Positions 57,259 through 64,000 of a stretch of 64,000 nt of DNA are shown one piece after another. The stretch is from Perkinsus chesapeaki ATCC PRA-425. Its lineage: Eukaryota; Protista; Perkinsozoa. The stretch's first letter is position 1; each line of letters starts with the position of its first letter. The notes beneath the pieces were generated by a model. That model did no database searches and had not been told where the DNA came from. It saw only the letters and a program-made list of their open reading frames with translations. Position numbers and translations under genes: made by a program. The stretch is taken from NCBI GenBank assembly GCA_013115145.1, contig JAAPAO010000086.1:1-64000 (forward strand), given 5' to 3'.

Positions 57259-59551
57259 CTATACCAGCCAAGATGGTAACGCCCACTTGAGCAGGTAAAG
57301 AGCACTGTATGCCCATGGTACTCTATACGACGACGAGGAGCAGGAGAGGGAGGCATCCTGCTTCAATGCATACTCCATCATGACAGCCACCCTGTCTACA
57401 GGGGAGCCATGCCTGTAGTTTGTAGCTCTAATATAGTTCACGCAGCGCGATACGAATAGTAGTTCCCTCGGGAAAGCTTTGGTGTCCTCGATAAGTCTTT
57501 GCCATTTTTCTTTAATCTTCTCCTCCTTTTCGGCTCTACTAAGCCTCGCCCACTCTGCCTGTCTGCGCTCCTCATCCGAGTCCTGCCAACCCCGGAGCTT
57601 CCGCAATCGGCTCATCATCATAACCGAGGCGAGCATGTCGAAGTCTTTCACGCCCCAAGATTCACAGATCGACCTCAGAGCTTGCCGATCTCCCCGAGCG
57701 ATTGCACACCAGAAATTAATATACTGCTCTCTGAGAGTATCCGGGAACTCCGTATAAAGACCATGATCGATTAGCACCTGAGCTGCAATCGATCTTGAAA
57801 TCTTACTTTCCGCGATAGCGCCGAAATCGCTATTCGCTAATTTTGCGAATCACTCCATCTTTCTGCCGACACCCGCCGTGTGTCTATATCAAAAATGAGC
57901 TAAATTACAGAGTATTATGAATAGGAGACTCCCATACTAGGCACATCGGACAGATGCAGCAGGAGGGGATCGATATTACTATTTGATGGGGCTCATATGA
58001 CTGCCAAAATCTCCTTCTCTTCATGGGGTGATGTCGAACCAGTAAGTTGCCAGGATGGGGATCGCAGTGTACCTACCAGCTACGTCTCCACCATAGACTT
58101 TTGCCGACCCTACAAGCCCGGTGTTGAATATCTGATAGGCAAACATCTCCGTACAGTGTCTAACGGTCTGACTAAGGTCAACTCCAAGCACCGCAGCATC
58201 AGTCACTTTCACAGCATCATCGATCCATTCGGCCACTATGGCCTCTTCACTGGACCAGTAAACCTCCGGAACATAAACGTGCTCTTTAAGAGGGGACTTC
58301 GCGAACTCTGTTTTGGCCCTATCAGAATTTGCAGCTTCATTTCGAAGGTCCATCTCTTGTCTGAATTGGTCCTTAGTAAAGTCGTATGTCCACAGCATTG
58401 GTATATCGAAAGACTTCTCCAAAGCCCATAGAATGACCCAATAGGCCCGAAGGTCCCAAGCAACTTGGAACGTCACGCTCGGCTTTCGGAGCTTCACCGC
58501 GACACTGGTGCCAGGAGAATCTTTGAGACGCGCCTTGTGGACCTGTTGAGAGTGATCCGCCCGGAGACAGGCCGAGGGACGTTGGGCACAGAGATAAGTT
58601 AATCTAACTACTATCAGGAGCAATCAATAGATTTTCCGTGAGTATTCCGAGACAGCAGACGTCTTATCAAGGAACGAGCATTCCTCTCGATACTGAGCAA
58701 ATACAAAGTAGATGGGTGATGGATGACCAAGCTCCGATATCTTGTCCAATAGAAGAAACGATAAGACCATAACCGAAGCCAAAGAGGAATACCACGGTGC
58801 CTAGGGTGCTCTGCGCCGCTATACGAAGGATGGATTGACTTACCTGTGCTATAGAGGCACTGGCAACAGGATCCATCTCGAAGTCTTGGATGACCTGGTC
58901 TACTCCAGAGTCTCTAAGTAGTCGAAGGACCTCATCTAGGGCACTAAGTAGCCTAGCATGATTGGAGCACCTCACTTTGATCCATCTCCAGTGCCTTATC
59001 ATGAAGCTCTTCTAGAGGTTTATGCATTTCCTTTGGCAAAGCTACTTCCAAAGAGCATAGCACTTGCCCTATTTTGACGTATCTGAAGACAGTTGTTCAA
59101 CTTACTCTAGGGGCAAATCAACGTTGATTATCCGGAAATTACGCCCATTGGAGATCATCAGAATACAGAAGATACGAGGCCTGGTGAAAAGTCTGAAGCT
59201 CTGAGAATCTTTTAAGATACTTAAGGCGCTCTCCAATTAAGATAATGAAAACCGCAAGTTCGCTTACAAGCCTTCATTCGTCTTGCAAGTGTCCACAATC
59301 CTTCTAGCTACTCTCTCATGGACCTCCGACGCATTATCAGCATTCCATACTCTCTTATATTGCCACCATATGAACGCACCACATTTAACAGCTCTAAGAC
59401 CTAAAAGATACGCCTTTAAACTGAGCTAAAAGATTCCTTTAAGCTCACTTCGACTGCCAACACAGTAACAGTAGTTTTCGTCTATATAATAGGCAGCGCC
59501 AGCGCCGGCCAAGGCAGCTAGAGAGGCCTGACCCGCCAGCCTACCTCGCAT
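57259..59551 (-). CDS. ABC1/UbiB-family atypical kinase (ADCK1-like)
   Basis: YVKIGQ; PVASASIAQ/VHKARL; VAVKLR; QEMDLRNEAAN; HCDPHPGN; LIDHGLY; N-terminal MRGRLAGQASLAALAGAGAAYY resembles a targeting/anchor peptide. Confidence 0.88.
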
Positions 59552-59972
59552 ATAGTAATAAAAAACGCAAGATCAGCTAAAATCAGAAACTGCATCGCTC
59601 CGCTAAAGAGTGACGCATGTTTGTCATAATTCTATTTTACGTTGTTGTTGGTAAGGTGACATGAGTGAGACTTCTTTCCCTTTGACTAGTTAGGCATTCA
59701 CCTTACTTAGGCTCTCACCTTAACACCAGATCTTTGGAAGGACTCGTCGAAGGTGGGTTCACTGAGCTCGGTACTGCTGTCGGTTCTGGAAAATAAGGAA
59801 CCATGTAGAGTACCGTATTGTAATGAAACTTCTTATTAATCAGTCAGCCAGGCTTGGTAACGGCAAACCAAGAGACAAATACTTTATAATCTCATACCGC
59901 TCCCCTCACAAATATGCTTTGTTATAAGGCTTTTAATGTGGCTCAGGGCATTACTTTGTCGTATCTTCCTGT
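59552..59972. promoter_or_regulatory. Divergent strand-switch region, putative bidirectional promoter
   Basis: 421 nt between the ABC1 kinase ATG (minus) and the DHX37 ATG (plus); geometry only. Confidence 0.45.
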
Positions 59973-62900
59973 ATGGCTACCCCAGAAGATGCGTCGGCTC
60001 CCTTACTGGACCCTGCTTTACTGGGATTGGATGCCGACTCTATTGAAGGCGTGGGAGGGACTAATAACTTGATAATGCCCTCTGGAAGCAGTAAGGCGGC
60101 TGTCAAAAAACAGGAGGCACCGAAAGAGAAAATGAGTACTAGGGGAAGCGCATTGGGCCTGCGGTTGCACCTGAACTGACCTCAAAAGTATCTTTCTGGG
60201 CAGTGAAGTGATATCATTAGGTAAACGGAAAAGGAAGAAGTTGATGGAACTGCAACAGCGAGCGGAAAGAGAGGCCAAAAGGTAGTAGGTTAAGTATGAA
60301 ATACCGCAGTGTCGTATTTGCGGAATATCGTATTATCGATATTGTATATATATTTTCGGGCAAATGTGAAGTAATTTGATAATATCGCAGTTTCGGTAAG
60401 TGTGGTCGATATGGTAGGAAATTACAGTGTGAACCAAGGGTCATGTCGATATGGGCATTTCACTGCAGAATTCGGACGGCCGTCTTGTCTTTCGTAGACT
60501 TCGGGAAAAGGTACTAAAAAGGTATCTTCCTCAGATTAGCTGTACTTGATGAGCTCAAGTCTCATCAACTATCAAGTGCCGAGAAGGCTAAGATGCATGC
60601 CGTGGCTGATACAGGGGTACGAAGGAGACGACGTGATGATAGTAATAGGGAACTAGGGGCACTCGGAAGGAATGGCGCTGATAGGTGTGGGGCTGGCTAA
60701 ACTTGAAAAGAAAAGACAGAAACTGGCCGAGCTAGCGGAGCTCAGTGATGGTGACGTAGAGCCGCCATCGAAGCCAAAGCCAGTTCGAGGTGTCCCTAGG
60801 AAGATCACTGCTGCTCACATCAATACTGGAGCACAGGTAGCTCCATGCTTGGACGAGACCTCTGTTTGATGATCTGGTCCGCTTCAGGAACCGCTAACTG
60901 GCAGGTTGAAGAAAGAATTGGCACCAGTGAGATCTAAAAGGCCGACGGGCCCTACGTATCCTAGAATTCACGTACGGCTGGCCGGCCTGAGTGATGTGAC
61001 TTGGGTGGATCTGTCAGGTCCATCGGTCAGTCGAAATTGAGAAGCAGCGAGCGAATCTTCCTGCGGTATGGCCCCCTCGTTGGGCATCATTTGACGTGAG
61101 GTGTGCTGCTGCTAGGTTATGATGGAGACAGAGATAGTCGATTGTGTTATGAACGCTGATGAAGGCGTTAGCATCGTATGTGGAGATACCGGCTGCGGCA
61201 AGAGTAAGGTATCTGGGTCATGCGTTCATGAGGGAAGAAAACTGTTAAAACTGTGGAATTCCTTTTCACGGGACTTGCAGGGCTAGTCTGATGAAGCTGC
61301 ATACTTCTTCATGCCGGTCCATTGTGCCTCTCAATAACGTATCTGCTATGGCGCGGAAATGCGGCTGTTCAGCTCAGGGTTCCCAACAGTTACTGGTATG
61401 GTGGGAGCATCACTCTGTCAGGTACACAAGTCCCTCAGTTTATATATGAAACCGGTGTTTCTAAGTATTATGGAAAGCTAATAGGAATGACTCAACCCAG
61501 AAGAGTAGGACTCACCTCTTACTGTTCTTTTACAGGCTTTGGCAGGTAGCCGCTACTTCTGTAGCCAAGAGGATCTCCGAGGAGCTTGGTCCTGACCAGG
61601 ACGGTGTTGTTGGGTGAGAAGCACTGATGGGGTTCGAGTAAGGATGTGCTGCGATAGGTACCAAGTTCGATACGACAAGTCGATGTCCCCGGACAAGATG
61701 CAGCTTAAGGTCATGACCGATGGTATCCTAATGAGGGAGGTAGGTGAAGGACAGTCTTGGCGGTTTGGGTGTAGTTGGTCTTCTCAGATACAGAGTGATT
61801 TCCTACTCACTAAATACTGTGTTATTATTATTGATGAGGCCCATGAAAGATCGATTAACTGCGACATCCTCCTCGGCATGATCAGTCGAGCCATCAGTAA
61901 CAACGCCTTCTCCACCTGATTTACGTATTGTTCTCAGCGATGAGGGCGGAGCGAAGCATGCCTCCATTACGTCTGGTTATTATGAGCGCAACTCTCAGGC
62001 TTACAGACTTCACCCAGAATGCGGAGCTCTTCCCGAAACCTCCACCTGTGGTAGGACAGCTGCAATGGTGTTTGTTGGTGCTCTTCATGGTGGCGATAAC
62101 TGGGAGTATTAGGAGACTTACACGATAAATTCTTGGAATTTATTTCTGCGTCTCACAGCATCAATAGAGATATTTTTCATAATGATTTGGGGAGAATAGT
62201 TTAGAAGTCACCCGAGGAGGGACCTGGTCTCGAGTGTCATTGGCAGGTTCAAATAGATGCCCGAACTCATCCGGTGACGGTACACTTCGAACGACGAACG
62301 GAACAGGATTATATTAAAGCGGCTGTTAGGAAGGTCCGCTTGATACATGCCAAGTTGCCTAGGGGATCAATTCTGGTAGGGAGGAAAAATGGAGGTGCCG
62401 GGATTTGAACCTGCGCGGGTTTTAGGTATTCGTAACGGGCAAGTCTGAGATATATGAGATGTGTGAGGCATTAGGAGCCAAGCCACAGAAGAAGAAAGAG
62501 TCTCATAGTCAGTACATTGACAGTGACCAAGAGGATGAGGAATCGGACGATGATGAAAGTGACGACAAGAACATGCCCGATGCTACTCCTGAGTCTGGTA
62601 CGGAATCCTGTCATCTAACCGAAGCTAAGCTTTTCCACTGTCAGACGCCTCGTCGTCGCCGCCGCCTCAGAATACCCGCGATGAGAAGAGCATCGGCCCA
62701 GCTGCATTCAAACTGTCGGAATCGGAGCAGGTGGAACAAATTATCTTGGAGAAAGGTGGAGCTGATCTGTGTCGTCGGTGCGAAGATACTTTTATAGGTT
62801 GCAAGAAGGCATCCTCGTCCTCGGCAGCAGCTCACAAGGGTGGATCGGCGGACTTCATTGGTTCAGCCTTTGGATCTGGTCGGCTCGTTCCCATACCTCT

Positions 62901-64000
62901 TTACGCACAAATGTCCACAACTAGACAGGCTGAGGCTTTCGTATGTGACGTTTCTCCATGTCGCTTGAAACGCCTTTCCCTGTTCAGAGGAAACCTCGCG
63001 ACGACGAGAGATTCGTTATCATAGCGACCAACGTTGCCGAGACCGCTCTGACTCTGCCGAATATCCGATACGTACGTTCGCGGCGGCAGCGGCTGCTGCC
63101 GGTAGCGGCTACCATCTCGAGCTCCTCGAATAGGTGGTGGATACTGGCAGAGAGAAGAAACGAGTTTATCGCAACGATGGGGTGTCGATGTTCAAAGTTG
63201 GGTTCTGCGCCTCTAGCTCTGCCGATCAACGAGCAGGTCGAGCTGGCCGTGTTGGTCCTGGTCATTGCTATCGACTGTAGGTGTCATACCACTCTTTCTC
63301 CTCATCGTGGATAACTTAGATACTCTGGAGCTGTCTATGGCGACACAATGCCCGACTTCCCTCTCCCCGAGATAGCGAGCGGTCAGCCATTGGATGACAC
63401 TGTTCTAATGATGGCCAAGATGGGTGTGTTGATCATCATTCTTGACTCCCCTCCCCAGGACCTCCTCCTCCTCAGGCATCCCTCGATTCCGGCATTTCCC
63501 CTGGCCCACGCCTCCCCCAGCAGCGGCTGTCATACACGCTGTCACTTCCCTATCACAGTTGGGTGCCGTCCATCGTATTGGCATTAGTAACGATGAGGTT
63601 GCCATAACTCAAACCGGTGAAGCTATGTACGCCCGTGCTGCTGGCCATAGTCCTCTAAGGCATGGGATATTTCAGATCTAACTTCCCAGTGGCCCCTCGC
63701 CATGGGTGTATGCTCATCCACGCTGCCCACCTCCGAGATGTCAACAGCCCAGAGTGGAGGGATGTACTCGTAAGCTCCTCCTTCTTATCAAGCTTCTCGA
63801 CATGAGAGGATCTATCTTCAGATTATGGTCGTTTGTGTCGTAGCGGCCCTCACTGTCGGAGATATCTTTGTGCCTCCTCCACAGGAAAAAGTTGACGCAG
63901 ACAAAGTAACCTGGCAATTCGCACCCCCCCAGCAGTCCATTTCGTTAGGTTAAGCTGCCAGGGTGGAGCAAGTGCCACTCCGACATCGAAGCTCTGCTGT
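59973..64000 (+). CDS. DHX37: DEAH-box RNA helicase DHX37/Dhr1 (runs off the window)
   Basis: [17 protein letters not shown]; MTQPRRV/AA; YQVRYD; MTDGILMRE; [10 protein letters not shown]; [11 protein letters not shown]; [15 protein letters not shown]; IPLYAQM; [16 protein letters not shown]; [17 protein letters not shown]. Confidence 0.9.
62385..62411 (-). other. tRNA 3'-end-like fragment plus oligo-T, antisense inside a 50-nt DHX37 intron
   Basis: Reverse complement reads GGTTCAAATCCCGGCACCTCCA-TTTTT (T-loop/B box, acceptor-stem 3' strand, Pol III terminator); no matching 5' half upstream. Confidence 0.5.

Noticed and set aside
61270-61420. C/D snoRNA candidate (CTGATGA) in a long DHX37 intron
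   Set aside because: No downstream D box (CTGA) or terminal stem seen.
1-64000. Most 60-150 aa ORFs in the track; rRNA, intact tRNA, SL-RNA gene or CRISPR array
   Set aside because: The small ORFs are antisense or off-frame shadows of spliced genes; no sequence matching these RNA genes or a repeat-spacer array was found by eye.

Overview
Eukaryotic, gene-dense DNA with many short (about 40-60 nt) GT-AG introns, so the ORF track shows exon fragments and shadow frames. Gene content and intron style suggest a Perkinsus-like alveolate (inference). All gene models were spliced by eye and their boundaries are approximate. Genes lie in long single-strand blocks: minus 0.9-26.5 kb, plus 26.8-45.2 kb, minus 45.2-59.6 kb, plus from 60 kb. 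In order: an intronless LicD/fukutin-family protein; decayed Ty3/Gypsy remnants; a tandemly duplicated region with two Dpy-30/RIIa-domain genes, an unknown gene plus its pseudogene, and an EF-hand Kv-type channel with an odd SVGYGK filter; an LZTR1-like Kelch-BTB protein; an AKAP14(AKAP28)-domain/EF-hand protein; STN1; four tandem PB1+ZZ zinc-finger genes; a DHHC palmitoyltransferase whose catalytic motif reads DHHD-TGA; an intronless MMS19 preceded by a spliced-leader-like sequence; opine dehydrogenase; EXO1; a multi-RRM protein; an ABC1/ADCK kinase; and a partial DHX37. The best candidate for an undescribed system is the PB1-ZZ array: one complete p62/NBR1-like receptor (two-faced PB1, canonical ZZ domains, acidic W-x-x-L LIR) followed by three diverged paralogues that keep only the basic PB1 face, carry four variably altered ZZ modules and share an unrecognised C-terminal motif. 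No rRNA, intact tRNA or CRISPR array was seen.
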